Part shown: positions 1 to 10,604 of the stretch, one piece after another
Layout: each line of letters begins with the position of its first letter
Numbering within the stretch: the first letter of the stretch is position 1
NCBI GenBank assembly: GCA_002811645.1
Contig: PDIP01000072.1
Span: forward strand, 22,945 to 86,944
Direction of reading: 5' to 3'
DNA from: Corallochytrium limacisporum Hawaii
Lineage: Eukaryota; Protista; Pluriformea
DNA length: 64,000 nucleotides
Translations under genes and position numbers: made by a program
The notes under the pieces: generated by a model
Told to the model about the DNA's origin: nothing
Database searches by the model: none
Seen by the model: only the letters and a program-made list of their open reading frames with translations

Positions 1-186
1 TAGAATTTTGGGCTTTGCTCAACGACAATGCTTTCTGAACATATTTAGGGGTTCCAACAAGGATAACTTCCAAGGCAAAACCTGAGTGTAAATTAAACGA
101 AAAGAACTACGACGTGAATCAACACTAGTCCTTTAGTGCAGTGGTTATCCTTTCGGAGATAACATGCAGAAACTAAGATACTATAG

Positions 187-1638
187 ATGAGCCGTGACAA
201 ACAGACAAAGCAACAGAAAAGGATGTGGATGGCAATGGCACAGCTGCTCTTTTGCATTCCAGGGCTGGTGACTTCAGTATTTGCGGCACGCAGAGAGGAG
301 TGTCTCATCAACGGCGAGCTTCACTATGACGATCGGTGTCGCCAATATTCGGCTCTGCTGGCAGAGCGTAGTGGTACCCATGGCATGGATACCGACAATG
401 TCCATGGAGTGCCAAGCAGTAATTATCAAGGTGGGATATCAATCGGTGAGTCCTTCATGCAACACCTCTACAGTGATCAACAGTATCAAAATCCGCTTCA
501 TCCGTCAATGGCAGATCTGATTGATCTACAGGTGCTCTTACACTTTGCCTTTGTTGGTGTAGTTCTAGGATTGTTCGGCCTTTTTCTCCGCCGGCGAATC
601 GGTAAAATCATTTCTGAACACCAACGGACCAGCAGCTACGGATTCACTGCAATCGCTGTAGTCTGTGTGGGACTTTTGCTATTTGCAACGATTTTGGAGG
701 CCGAGGTAAGCTGTTGGCAACTATACTCTACACGAAGCGCAGTTGGTGCCAAGTATTCAGCTCCTACGTTCTCATCATCGGCTGCAGTGACGGGCTCCAT
801 TTTTGACGTGGCATGGGCGTCTGAACGTGGCATGCCGTATGACATGCTCACAATTCCAGTGCAGTGGAAAACCAAACTAACCTCTTTGCGGACTATGAGA
901 GACCTCGAACGTTTCCACCACGAGTTGCACCGAGAATGGCTTAAGGGACAGGGACAGGGACATGGACAGGCTTTTCACCGCCATGAAAGCACTATATCAG
1001 GCGCCGAAGATGACTTCAAAGCTGATGTGATCGCAATGGAGGATCATTTTATGAACACTTGCGTCGCAAGCCGATTGGACCGACGCATGATGCAGACTGT
1101 GGCAGTGATCAAACGATTCGGAGGAGCCTTTGTGCCTGATATTGCAGGACAACTGCTTGACTTTAGTGGTGTGATATGGAATCAACCATTGACGTGGTTT
1201 AAGCCTGTGTTCAATGTCATAAATACTCCATGGCGGGCTCTGGTCCATCTGTTGCTGTTGGCTCTGGTTCTGTATATAGTGGCGGGGTTCTACATTGTCA
1301 ATTATTTCAAGTACCGTTTATTGGGATCTCAACAGGCATCGGAGCCGATGCACCAGCCACAGCCAATCATGCAATCGCCACAGCAGCAGCAGCAGCAGTG
1401 TCTGCCATCTACTGGTCCGATTATAGAAGAGATCGAGGAGTCACCCACGGAGGTAGCCGAAGCAAGTCAAAAGCCGCGGTACATTGAGACAGCAGACAGT
1501 GCTGGCAGTATTGACCTCAAAGGCATGTCTGAGAAAGAGATACTTCACCTGGCCTCCATCCTAAGCGAGCATCTCTCTAAGGAAGTGCAATCCACAGAGA
1601 CGGCCTGGAAGACGGACCGCATGGCCTCGGGATCGTAA
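187..1638 (+). CDS. Membrane protein of unknown function (signal peptide, ~3 TM helices, Q-rich tail); topology loosely like CLCC1
   Basis: 483-aa ORF. Hydrophobic N-terminal segment (AQLLFCIPGLVTSVFA), TM-like segments VLLHFAFVGVVLGLFGLFL, FTAIAVVCVGLLLFATIL and ALVHLLLLALVLYIVAGFYIV, and a poly-Q tail. The start may be a downstream Met. Confidence 0.75.
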   Translation: MSRDKQTKQQKRMWMAMAQLLFCIPGLVTSVFAARREECLINGELHYDDRCRQYSALLAERSGTHGMDTDNVHGVPSSNYQGGISIGESFMQHLYSDQQYQNPLHPSMADLIDLQVLLHFAFVGVVLGLFGLFLRRRIGKIISEHQRTSSYGFTAIAVVCVGLLLFATILEAEVSCWQLYSTRSAVGAKYSAPTFSSSAAVTGSIFDVAWASERGMPYDMLTIPVQWKTKLTSLRTMRDLERFHHELHREWLKGQGQGHGQAFHRHESTISGAEDDFKADVIAMEDHFMNTCVASRLDRRMMQTVAVIKRFGGAFVPDIAGQLLDFSGVIWNQPLTWFKPVFNVINTPWRALVHLLLLALVLYIVAGFYIVNYFKYRLLGSQQASEPMHQPQPIMQSPQQQQQQCLPSTGPIIEEIEESPTEVAEASQKPRYIETADSAGSIDLKGMSEKEILHLASILSEHLSKEVQSTETAWKTDRMASGS

Positions 1639-1721
1639 ATGGTTGCTGCAATGCAGACGGGCAGTATAATACAAATATAATTCGGAGAATGCTGATGTGA
1701 AACCAGAGCATTTTGAAGTCA

Positions 1722-3905
1722 TCAATGTGTAACCAATTTCTTCGGATCCAATTTCACCGGGACTGGATCCCACCGAAGGGACAGGGTCGCAATCGGGCGG
1801 TGAGGCTGCCGAAAGTTGTCTGCGGTATCGATTTCAGTGTCGTCTTCTTCATTGCGGGTGCGAGAGACTTCGTATGAGACAAAATCTCTGACCTGTGCAT
1901 GCGCGTTTGCTCCACCAAGCACGTTCTTCAGGGCCAGATCGAGTTTGCCAATATAATCGTCCGCAGTGTAATCATCCTGGTCGTAGAAGTTTAGCCGAAG
2001 GGTTGTCCTTTCGACGTCATCTACCATCATTTCAAATGTTTCCTCAAAGCGGGGCTCCAGAGTGCTCCGGATGCACCTTGTGGCATGAACTAAGACGTTT
2101 CCCGGTCTTCGGATGCAGTGGATGTAGCAGTCTGTGAGACCGTTCAGGTCCATGGGCGGTAGATTGTCGACGTAATGTAAGGTCACCCGTAGCAAGCCTG
2201 TGCGGCCAGTGCAGAAACTACGCTTGGGAACTTTGGGCTGTGATGAAGCCGGTGATTCGACTTGAGTCTCTGTCTTCTTTGCGGACACAGGCTTAGTCTC
2301 ACTATCATGATCATCACAGACGTGGTCATGAGCTGTCTCAGATGTTGGATGAGCCTTTTCGAACTTTTCGTGTTCTTCTTCTTGCATGCGCCGTAAGTAG
2401 TCGACGGACACATAAGCCACGTTCAATACAACTGCGTCCGGAACTTTATCCTGCTCATTGGAACTGCGACCCAGGGGCAAGGCCCGGAGAAATTCATCCT
2501 CAAACTGTTCCGGCTCCTTGAATTGATACGTGTCATCCTCCTCCTCCGTCTGCTGACGCTCGTCTCGGTGGCTATCCAAAATCTCTCGAAGAGGGATCTG
2601 CAGACCGGAAGCATAGCCGTTATTACCCCGAATAGTAAGACGCAGAGATTCATTCAGGTTCTGTTTCGTCACCCGCATGAGGAAAGTCATATCTGTTCTG
2701 ATGCGGTACTTGTCTTTGTAGTCACCCGTGCCAGTGTCAATGATCTTGGATCCCTTCATGCTGTGCTTCAGCACTAGATCCTCTCGCATACGCTTCGATT
2801 GATCTCGGTTAGCCATCCGATCGTCCTCCACACGGGCATCTGCACTTCCCACGCCCTTCTCCTGCGCGTTTCGTGTCTCCGCCATACCGGTGGCACCCAT
2901 GCCGACCATGACGTGAATGTCCTTAGAGTTCAATCGAACTACATTCGTATCGAGACGCACCTCCTTCACAGACAAAACCAAGACACCTGTAGAGTCTCTA
3001 CCCAATCTTTGAGCCTCATCATCTATAAGACGGAGCATCACAGCCTCCGGGTCCACGCAATTCGAAACCACTGCCCCCATTACTGCGTTGCGGATCCAGC
3101 CCGCCAGCAATGGTGCGTCCATCAGATTCATCATCTGTGTCACCGGACGCAGACTAAAATCAATCTCCGGAGGCTCCGTGAAACTAATGCTCACTGTCTC
3201 CACATGCGGGAATGTTTCCACCAATCTGGCCACGACTTTGCACTTACCCCGGAAGAAGAAGTCGCTGACCGTAAACTTGATGCTAACGTATGGAATCCAA
3301 GACTTCATGACCAGCACAATGTCCATGTCAGGACTCCACAATTCTAAAGTTAGTTTCAAGGGAATTGTGTTGCGAGAAAACAGACTTCCACGGTTGTCGA
3401 TGTTCATAAACCGCACATGTCGAATCTGTGGGCTCTGATCGTTGAGCGCAAAGGAGGAGAAAAAGAACTGCTTGATCATTCCTGGCTTGGTCTTCTCCAA
3501 TTCCTGCTCTAGGGTTTGCTTCAATTGATTACTCAGACCTTCCTCGTAGAACCACCAGTATCGGTTGACTATTTCGTTAAGCCATTCTGCTGTCTCCTGG
3601 TCCCCAGTAACAATCTTTCTCCGCGCATTCTGCCGCTCAACTGCGTACACAAGACGTTTCATCATGGATTTCTGTGATCTTGTGAAGAAAAGGTACAGTC
3701 CTGTAAAAAATATCAGGATCCATGCAATTGACACGTCATGGGTACCAAGGTAGTACGCCACGAACAACCCGAGGCAAGTAATCCATGGCCAGATTGCAAG
3801 CGTTCTGACGGCCCAAGTACTGTCCCATAGTTCGGGGCCCTGGGGCGCACTGTGCGTCGGCTGCGCAGGTGACCCATCATGCTGCTGGCCGTGATCGGCC
3901 GCCAT
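1722..3905 (-). CDS. Extended synaptotagmin/tricalbin-like protein (N-terminal TM hairpin, SMP domain, C2 domains)
   Basis: TM hairpin, SMP start ETAEWLNEIVNRYW, SMP end SISFTEPPEIDFSL...APLLAGWI, and an acidic C-terminal C2 (MDLNGLTDCY...YDQDDYTADDYIG). ATG at 3905 chosen over the track's non-ATG start. Confidence 0.88.
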   Translation of the reverse strand: MAADHGQQHDGSPAQPTHSAPQGPELWDSTWAVRTLAIWPWITCLGLFVAYYLGTHDVSIAWILIFFTGLYLFFTRSQKSMMKRLVYAVERQNARRKIVTGDQETAEWLNEIVNRYWWFYEEGLSNQLKQTLEQELEKTKPGMIKQFFFSSFALNDQSPQIRHVRFMNIDNRGSLFSRNTIPLKLTLELWSPDMDIVLVMKSWIPYVSIKFTVSDFFFRGKCKVVARLVETFPHVETVSISFTEPPEIDFSLRPVTQMMNLMDAPLLAGWIRNAVMGAVVSNCVDPEAVMLRLIDDEAQRLGRDSTGVLVLSVKEVRLDTNVVRLNSKDIHVMVGMGATGMAETRNAQEKGVGSADARVEDDRMANRDQSKRMREDLVLKHSMKGSKIIDTGTGDYKDKYRIRTDMTFLMRVTKQNLNESLRLTIRGNNGYASGLQIPLREILDSHRDERQQTEEEDDTYQFKEPEQFEDEFLRALPLGRSSNEQDKVPDAVVLNVAYVSVDYLRRMQEEEHEKFEKAHPTSETAHDHVCDDHDSETKPVSAKKTETQVESPASSQPKVPKRSFCTGRTGLLRVTLHYVDNLPPMDLNGLTDCYIHCIRRPGNVLVHATRCIRSTLEPRFEETFEMMVDDVERTTLRLNFYDQDDYTADDYIGKLDLALKNVLGGANAHAQVRDFVSYEVSRTRNEEDDTEIDTADNFRQPHRPIATLSLRWDPVPVKLDPKKLVTH

Positions 3906-4270
3906 TTTCATTCGCCAATCAGCAAGTACCTCACACTTCACTTACGAAATTAAGTTTGCGCTTAGCTCTCCACAAGTACGATTCCACCTCTGCCCTGCAT
4001 AAATCCGGTATTTTTTCTTGAGGAAGTGCGGACTATTTAAGTGAACCACATTGCCAATGCCAAACTTCTGAAATATCCTTACCACAGAGTACAGAACCAG
4101 GGTGCCTTAAGCGCTGTTGCACACCACAAGAACTGAGGAAGAGATCCGCTGCAGGCGCGACGGTTTGCAGCCCCTTCCAACCCCCGTCCCTTGGTGCGGG
4201 AAACCCGCCGCTGCGGGTGCGCCAACGGGGCAGCAAGAGGGTTTGCTGAGGTCGGCCACGCCGGAAGTAG

Positions 4271-4282
4271 AAAATAGGCCCC
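4271..4282 (+). promoter_or_regulatory. AAAATAGGCCCC motif in the divergent E-Syt/METTL18 promoter (E2F-like GCGGGAAA at 4196-4203)
   Basis: The motif recurs in five intergenic regions of this window. Confidence 0.45.
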
Positions 4283-4524
4283 GGACGGGGTTTGGTAGGG
4301 CCAAGTGCTGGTACAGACGGGTTTCATGTGGCGACGTGCGCTTGCCAACGTTCTTGTTGCCTTCGTATACCGCGTATTTCAATGGGAACAAACTGCGCAA
4401 TTTCATTTAGCTGGAGAATCCATAAGTTCACTAATCGCTGGCTTAACAGTCCCTTTGGAACAATACTTGAAGGGTGGATGTGGAGCTCTGATGGATATTG
4501 ATTTTGCCCTGCACCCTGACCAGA

Positions 4525-5478
4525 ATGCCCGAGGAAGAATTTACCTTTAGCTTCGGGGATGACAGCGAAGATACAACGGTACCTGAATGCGGCTTTGAGC
4601 CAAAATTTAAGAAGCAGAAGACAGAACCTCCCAAACCGGTAACTGCATTGTCATTCAAGGACATAAAGAAGATCACGGAACAGGACATTCCAGTAGAAGA
4701 GATCCGCGTGTGCGAGACCGGTTGCCATGTACCATTTGTGAAGCCCAGTGCAACTTCACGGCTTGCAAATCAAGCCTTCGGTAAGCATGACGTGGTAGCT
4801 GGTGTCTACGAAGGTGGCTTCAAGCTCTGGGAAAGTAGCGTAGATCTTGGAAAATATCTCTGTCATAACAGCGACTCGGCCATACGAACAGCCCAACGAG
4901 TTCTGGAAGTCGGCTGTGGCATGGCGCTGCCGTCAGTCACTGTCCGAAGCCTACAGACTAGGGCAAAGAGTGCACAGCCAGCAACGTATTGGTTACAAGA
5001 CTACAACGAAGAGGTCATTCGTCAGGTTACACACGCCTGCCTCACTGTCAATGGCTGGTATGATGCCACGCACGGGAAGCAGATAAATGGAGAGAGCCCA
5101 GAACCAGCAATGGCGAACGGAGGTTTCCTTTGGGGGTCTTGGGAAGCTATGGTCGAGGACATGAAGAACAGTAAGGGCGACTGGTGCACTGATAAGTTTG
5201 ATCTTATTCTCGGTGCAGAGGTGATCTATCGACAGGAGAATGTACCGGCTCTGTGCGCACTGATCGACGAGACCTTGGCAGCTGATGGGCTTTGCCTACT
5301 GGCTAATAAAAAGTACTACTTCGGCGTCGGCGGTGGTACTTTAGGATTTCAGGAGCACATTCAAGCACACTGTCCAGCGTTAGAGATTGAGGACATATTT
5401 GAAGTGCCAGACGAAAAGACTGCGGTACCGCGAGACATTATCGTCATCAAACGGTGCAAACAAGTACGCAAGGGATAA
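4525..5478 (+). CDS. METTL18: Histidine protein methyltransferase 1 (METTL18/Hpm1 family)
   Basis: VYEGGFKLWE, motif I VLEVGCG, QDYNEEV, FDLILGAEVIY, KYYFGVGGG. First ATG at 4525. Confidence 0.88.
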   Translation: MPEEEFTFSFGDDSEDTTVPECGFEPKFKKQKTEPPKPVTALSFKDIKKITEQDIPVEEIRVCETGCHVPFVKPSATSRLANQAFGKHDVVAGVYEGGFKLWESSVDLGKYLCHNSDSAIRTAQRVLEVGCGMALPSVTVRSLQTRAKSAQPATYWLQDYNEEVIRQVTHACLTVNGWYDATHGKQINGESPEPAMANGGFLWGSWEAMVEDMKNSKGDWCTDKFDLILGAEVIYRQENVPALCALIDETLAADGLCLLANKKYYFGVGGGTLGFQEHIQAHCPALEIEDIFEVPDEKTAVPRDIIVIKRCKQVRKG

Positions 5479-5563
5479 ACCATTCGTATCCACTAGATTT
5501 TTCTACTTTGAACTACTATCGTACTAGTTTACCAAAAATAAAGAACCAGCCAGTATTATTACA

Positions 5564-6727
5564 TTAGACCTTGAAATTAAGTCTGCGCAGGAATGGGTCA
5601 ATGTTGTGGCCTCCCATGTTCAAGCTGTCATAAATGGCCTCTCTAATGCCCTTTGGGCCGGCCTCATTAAGCAATTCCGTGGGGATTCCAACCTCCGCAA
5701 TGACCAACGAGTGTTTCGTGGTCAACTTCTGTGTGGCATCCTCAAGGGACGGCAATGCTCCGCCTTCCGAGTTCAAAATTGGGTGCCATCCCGTAAGGGC
5801 CTGTAGTGCGCCAACCTCTTCGACAATTTCTGCAACAAACTTCTTTCCGTCCGTCGTAGGGGTATAGTATATGTCTCCAAGATCAAGCACGAACAACGAT
5901 AGGGGGCACTGTCTCAGTACCCTCTCCATACGTACGCGTAACCTATCCCACTCCATCCATTCCTCTAGCCATTGAATCTGGATGGAGCACGATTTTGCAT
6001 CCTGTTTGACTGTCACAGAGTCCAGGAGCTCTTCCACAGGATCTATTCTAAGCCACCGATGAATGACTGGTACCATGGTGGTGATGGGTCCGTCTCGCAA
6101 GTCAGGGTCTCCGTGACTCAGGCGACGCAAAACTCCCTGTAGCTCGTTGATGCGAACCGACTCAAAAGTATCAGGATTCTCTGGGTCGTGAGGCAGGCTG
6201 TCGAGTCCAGTAACTAAGTCATCAACCCAAGAGTCGCTCAATATGCTCAACGGAGAAGCGCTGGAATCAAAACCCGGCATACGGTCATGAATCAGATCTT
6301 CTGCTAACGACTGAAATGTGTTTATAAGCATCTGTGCCCGTGGGCCACCTGGCCCCCCGACCAGCAAAGCAATGGACATTCCTGTTGCGTAGAGCAAGCA
6401 TGATCCGATAATAATAGCAGTCCATGGCATGAGGATAGTAGCTTCTTCAACACGCTTTTGTTCATCGTAGACCTCCAATTGCCAATCGATGTCATCTTCT
6501 TCCTCGGGAATGGGTTCTGTTGCTGTCTGGCCATTCTCCTGTGGGGGCTGTTGTGAGCGTTTGAAAGGACTGAGGGAGTTCATAATGTAATGCACTGTGT
6601 TCATCGGGGACTGGAAGCTTACTCGTCGTGGATCTAATTCAGCTATCCGAACTGGAGACTGCTCGGGAGATGAATCCACATCCGTCAGTACAGCCAGCTT
6701 CTTTGGAGCTGATTTCTTCCGAGCCAT
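5564..6727 (-). CDS. Single-pass membrane protein; candidate LAP1/LULL1 (Torsin cofactor)-like
   Basis: Basic N-terminus MARKKSAPKK, SP sites, RVSF..VHYI motif, one TM (WTAIIIGSCLLYATGMSIALLV), C-terminal domain with CPLSLFVLD and DPFLRRL. The gene itself is solid; the family call is inference. Confidence 0.6.
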   Translation of the reverse strand: MARKKSAPKKLAVLTDVDSSPEQSPVRIAELDPRRVSFQSPMNTVHYIMNSLSPFKRSQQPPQENGQTATEPIPEEEDDIDWQLEVYDEQKRVEEATILMPWTAIIIGSCLLYATGMSIALLVGGPGGPRAQMLINTFQSLAEDLIHDRMPGFDSSASPLSILSDSWVDDLVTGLDSLPHDPENPDTFESVRINELQGVLRRLSHGDPDLRDGPITTMVPVIHRWLRIDPVEELLDSVTVKQDAKSCSIQIQWLEEWMEWDRLRVRMERVLRQCPLSLFVLDLGDIYYTPTTDGKKFVAEIVEEVGALQALTGWHPILNSEGGALPSLEDATQKLTTKHSLVIAEVGIPTELLNEAGPKGIREAIYDSLNMGGHNIDPFLRRLNFKV

Positions 6728-8143
6728 TCTTCTCTTTTGGTTTTCTCGACAAACCCTCACATTTCTTTAATTCTAGGCTCTTAATATGACCATGGGTCGA
6801 CAGTCGTAGGACTTGGATGATAGATCTTTGGCCCGCAGGACTTGTGAAACAGCTTCGAATCCACAAGCATTGCACCACAACGGCCGTCAGCCTCGGTGCA
6901 TTGTAGGCAGTGCGTAGGAATGTCGAATCCTCTGGCCACAAGTACTACGCACTCCTAAGTCCACCCCAGGATATGGTAACGTGCTATGAGGCAAGGATGA
7001 AAAGTCCGGGATGCGGTAATACGCCCGTAGCCAAAGGATGCGATTCGCATAGTGTTCGGCAGCATGAGCGGGAGGCGCGAAAAGAAAGAACAAACTTGGG
7101 GAGTCCAATATAGCCACATTTTACGCATAACTTAGATGTCATCGTTAGCGGGGGGTACTTCAAAACTACTATTTCGGCCCAGTCCGTATAATTTTAGGCC
7201 ACTGGCTTAACAACCGTGGCGCGCGCTCCCGAAAGGCTCTGGCAGGCCGGTGAAGCCGCTCTGCAAATGAATTAGGAAGGCTGCGGCGCCGGGGGCTAGC
7301 GACTGTATTGAGTTGGTAGATACACACCAGCCGCATGGGCCACCGTCCTTCCTGTCCCTCTCGTCGGTGTTGCGCCCCCTCGTCCCTTCCTCCTAACTGC
7401 CCCATTCCTCCAGTTCACTACCAAGCGATTGGTCATGGGCTCTCAGTCAGTATTCTGGCACTGTCCAGTTTTTTGGCCACCAAAGGCCTCAACCAACTGC
7501 CGCACACCGTTCTCGTCTTTGGGCAGCCCGATTTTCTCGTTCTTGTTATTTTGGCTTTCTTTACCCGTTTTGCTGACTTTTTGCTCACACAGAATACACA
7601 GAAAAAGCACTTTGCTCGGGTTCTGCTTGTGAAGAGTTGGCCGTGTTTTGCTGGTTGGAACATTAGAATAACTGCGTAGAAGAGCCTAGGATATCAAAAA
7701 GGGCGCGTGGAGTGTGCTGCAAAAAGGCTGGAGAATAGGAAGTGCGTCGAACAGGGAGCACTCAGTCTCCGTGCCCACAGCGCTCTCTGAAAGAGTTGAC
7801 CTCTTCTCTCAAAAAACACACACATACGCTCACCCACACACACACACAAAACGGGCGGCACGTACCCACAAACCCCTCATGCAATGCACTTTTGCGACTG
7901 CTTTGCTGGCGCTGAGTGGTTGAAGTAACATATGCACACCGAAGGATAGGGAGCGCTATCAACGCGCCCTGTCCTGCGGTCTGGTTGCAGTTGGCTGCTT
8001 TGTGCTAGTTGTTTGCTTCGCACACACTCTCCGTCGTGCTGACACAAAGTACTGAGAATATCGAATACTCAGTTATTTAACAAGGAACCAGACCTAACGG
8101 CTGCAAGGTGTCACGGACGCTGTGATTTGTAAGATAATCTGAG

Positions 8144-8251
8144 GTAGGAAGAGCGAGAATAGAGAACATGGGATATTTCTTTGGAGTTGGATCAGAGCAC
8201 GTTGGTAACGACGTGGATTGACATCACTGGAATCCCCTTTTCGCTTTGTAG
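8144..8251 (+). other. Candidate 5'-UTR spliceosomal intron upstream of homocitrate synthase
   Basis: GAG|GTAGGA donor, TTGAC branch-like site, pyrimidine tract CCCCTTTTCGCTTTGTAG; 108 nt. Confidence 0.4.
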
Positions 8252-8345
8252 ATTTTTCGGCCATTTAAAGGTATTGTCGGAAGGGTCTCATTTCATTGTA
8301 TTCTAGAACTTACACCGTACTATATTGCAAGCACAAGTGAACACT

Positions 8346-9707
8346 ATGGCTTCTCTTATTCGTAACATTGCCCGGGCCAGCCGGGCCTCCTTTGTCGGTC
8401 GCCCTACAGTTACTGGGGCTGCTCGCGTTGGGGCTGTAGTACATGGCAGTAGCCAGGCAGTTTACCATGCTCGTCGCTTCCAGTCCACTGATGCAGCCGA
8501 GCTGCCCGCAAACGCGCGGGACCCTGGTTTGGATATCGACAATGTGGAAATTGTCGAGTCAACTTTGCGCGAGGGTGAGCAGTTTTCTACTGCCTTCTTC
8601 AGTACTGAGGACAAGATCATGATCTCCACCATGCTGGACTCTCTGGGTGTGGACTACATTGAGCTGACTACCCCCATGGCAAGCACGCAAAGTATGAAGG
8701 ATTGTGAAGCGGTGGCCAAGTTGGGATTGAAGGCCAAGATTCTGACGCACACACGGTGCCACATGAGTGATGTGAAGTTGGCCGTGGAGAGCGGTGTGGA
8801 CGGAGTGAACGTGTACATGGCCACCTCGAACGTGTTGCGCCAATACTCTCACGGTAAGGGTATTGATCACATTATCGACGCTGCGCGTGAAGTCATTGAG
8901 TACTGTCAGTCCAACAATGTAGAGATTCGCTTTAGTTGTGAGGACACTTTCCGTAGCAATTTGGAAGAAATCACTCGTATCTACACAGCTGTGGATCAGT
9001 TGGGAGTGGACCGCATTGGTCTTGCTGACACCGTCGGTGTAGCAACTCCCCTGCAGGTATACAATACTGTCAAGTGGGTTCGTGAAAGGGTAGGCTGTGA
9101 CATTGAGTACCACACACACGATGACACTGGATGCTGCATTGCCAACGCTCTGCTGGCCCTGCAAGCCGGTGCAACGCACATTGATACCTGTGTTCTGGGT
9201 ATCGGTGAACGCAATGGTATCACACCATTAGGAGGTTTCCTGGGTCGCTTGTACACCATCGACAAGGAGAAGGTTCGTCGTCGCTTCAACTTGAAGCTTG
9301 TACCGCAACTGGAACGCGTGGTGAGTGAGAAGGTGGGCATAAGTGTGCCCTTCAACAATTGTGTGACCGGAAGCACTGCCTTCACCCACAAGGCCGGTGT
9401 CCACTCTAAGGCTGTCATGCAGAACCCTGGCTCCTACGAAGTCCTGGATCCCGATGATTTTGGTGTGAACCGTAACATTCAGGTTGCACATCGTCTCACT
9501 GGTTGGAACGCTGTGCAAAAGCGTGCTCAGGCCCTTGGTCTGGCCCTAGAGGACAAGCAGGTCAAGGCAGCCACGTTGTACATCAAGAATCTGGCTGATC
9601 GTCAGGCAGTGTCTTCAGACGACCTGGACGCTGTGCTCCGTGCCTATCAAGACATGGAAAGTCTACCTGCTGATGAGGACCTGGACCGTGTTCTCCGTGC
9701 TCGCTAA
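8346..9707 (+). CDS. LYS20: Homocitrate synthase (alpha-aminoadipate lysine pathway) with a mitochondrial-type presequence
   Basis: ESTLREGEQF, ILTHTRCHM, HTHDDTGC, GIGERNGI, AFTHKAGVH. The first ~45 aa are Arg/Ala/Ser-rich and acid-free, ending in RRFQST. Confidence 0.93.
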   Translation: MASLIRNIARASRASFVGRPTVTGAARVGAVVHGSSQAVYHARRFQSTDAAELPANARDPGLDIDNVEIVESTLREGEQFSTAFFSTEDKIMISTMLDSLGVDYIELTTPMASTQSMKDCEAVAKLGLKAKILTHTRCHMSDVKLAVESGVDGVNVYMATSNVLRQYSHGKGIDHIIDAAREVIEYCQSNNVEIRFSCEDTFRSNLEEITRIYTAVDQLGVDRIGLADTVGVATPLQVYNTVKWVRERVGCDIEYHTHDDTGCCIANALLALQAGATHIDTCVLGIGERNGITPLGGFLGRLYTIDKEKVRRRFNLKLVPQLERVVSEKVGISVPFNNCVTGSTAFTHKAGVHSKAVMQNPGSYEVLDPDDFGVNRNIQVAHRLTGWNAVQKRAQALGLALEDKQVKAATLYIKNLADRQAVSSDDLDAVLRAYQDMESLPADEDLDRVLRAR

Positions 9708-10604
9708 GGGAAATCATGTTTAGGAGATTGTCTCTCTCAATTCATGCCACCATTTTTGTCTTATTCGCTGTATTTACACCATAGAATACATAATCGTATC
9801 TTGTGTATCTAAAACTGGGTCTTTCTATGTATCCGTCCAAACCGACCACCACCTTTCGAAGGCTACTTGCGAAGATTGGCACCCAATGCGTGTTTGCGCC
9901 TCCCCTTGCACTGTCGGGGTGGCTTTTGGCTGCTGCCCAGTTCCCCTCCAAACATAACAGTCAACGTCACCCGATGAAACAATGGGCGCGCCCGAGTTTC
10001 TGGCCTCTTACTTACCAACCCCCCCCCCTCCCCTTTACTTCTTTCATTTTGGTCTGATGGCACCCCCCTCCCCGGGGGGTGGGCGGTCTCTGCGCGTCGC
10101 GTCCCCCCCCTCGAAATCGGACCAGAGGCGCGCAAAAGCCACTGCTACGGAGGGTCAGAAGGGAGGGAGGGAGGGGAGAGGAAGGAAACTTTGTTGCCAG
10201 GCCACTCCGGCTAAGGTTTTCTGTGGTGGCGAACACACAAAGTATGGTCCCGTCCCGTTCGGTCAAATTTAGGAGAATATATTCTATGGTGAAACCTCTG
10301 GGAATTCAGGTACCCCTGTCGTAGTCAGATATAATACGGGCCGTCCGTACGAATAGGTTTTGCTTCGCTTCTGTTCCCGGTCTCTCCCGTGGCGTCACTG
10401 CTTGAGAGACTGGGCGGGACTGTGTAAGGTTGTTGGGCAATGGTCAGGAATGTCCTTTCTGGCTATGTAAAGGCTGACACACAAGGACTGTCCTTAACAT
10501 CCACATTCTGAACAGTGTATGTTCGTGCACCAAGATACCCAATTCTGGATCGAGTTTCAGCAGCCGACGCTTAGTGTGTTGACCTAGAGACTGAAGACTC
10601 GACA

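Noticed and set aside
4261-4268. CCGGAAGT ETS-type site in a bidirectional promoter
   Set aside because: Single 8-mer not seen in the other promoters; ETS factors are considered animal-specific.
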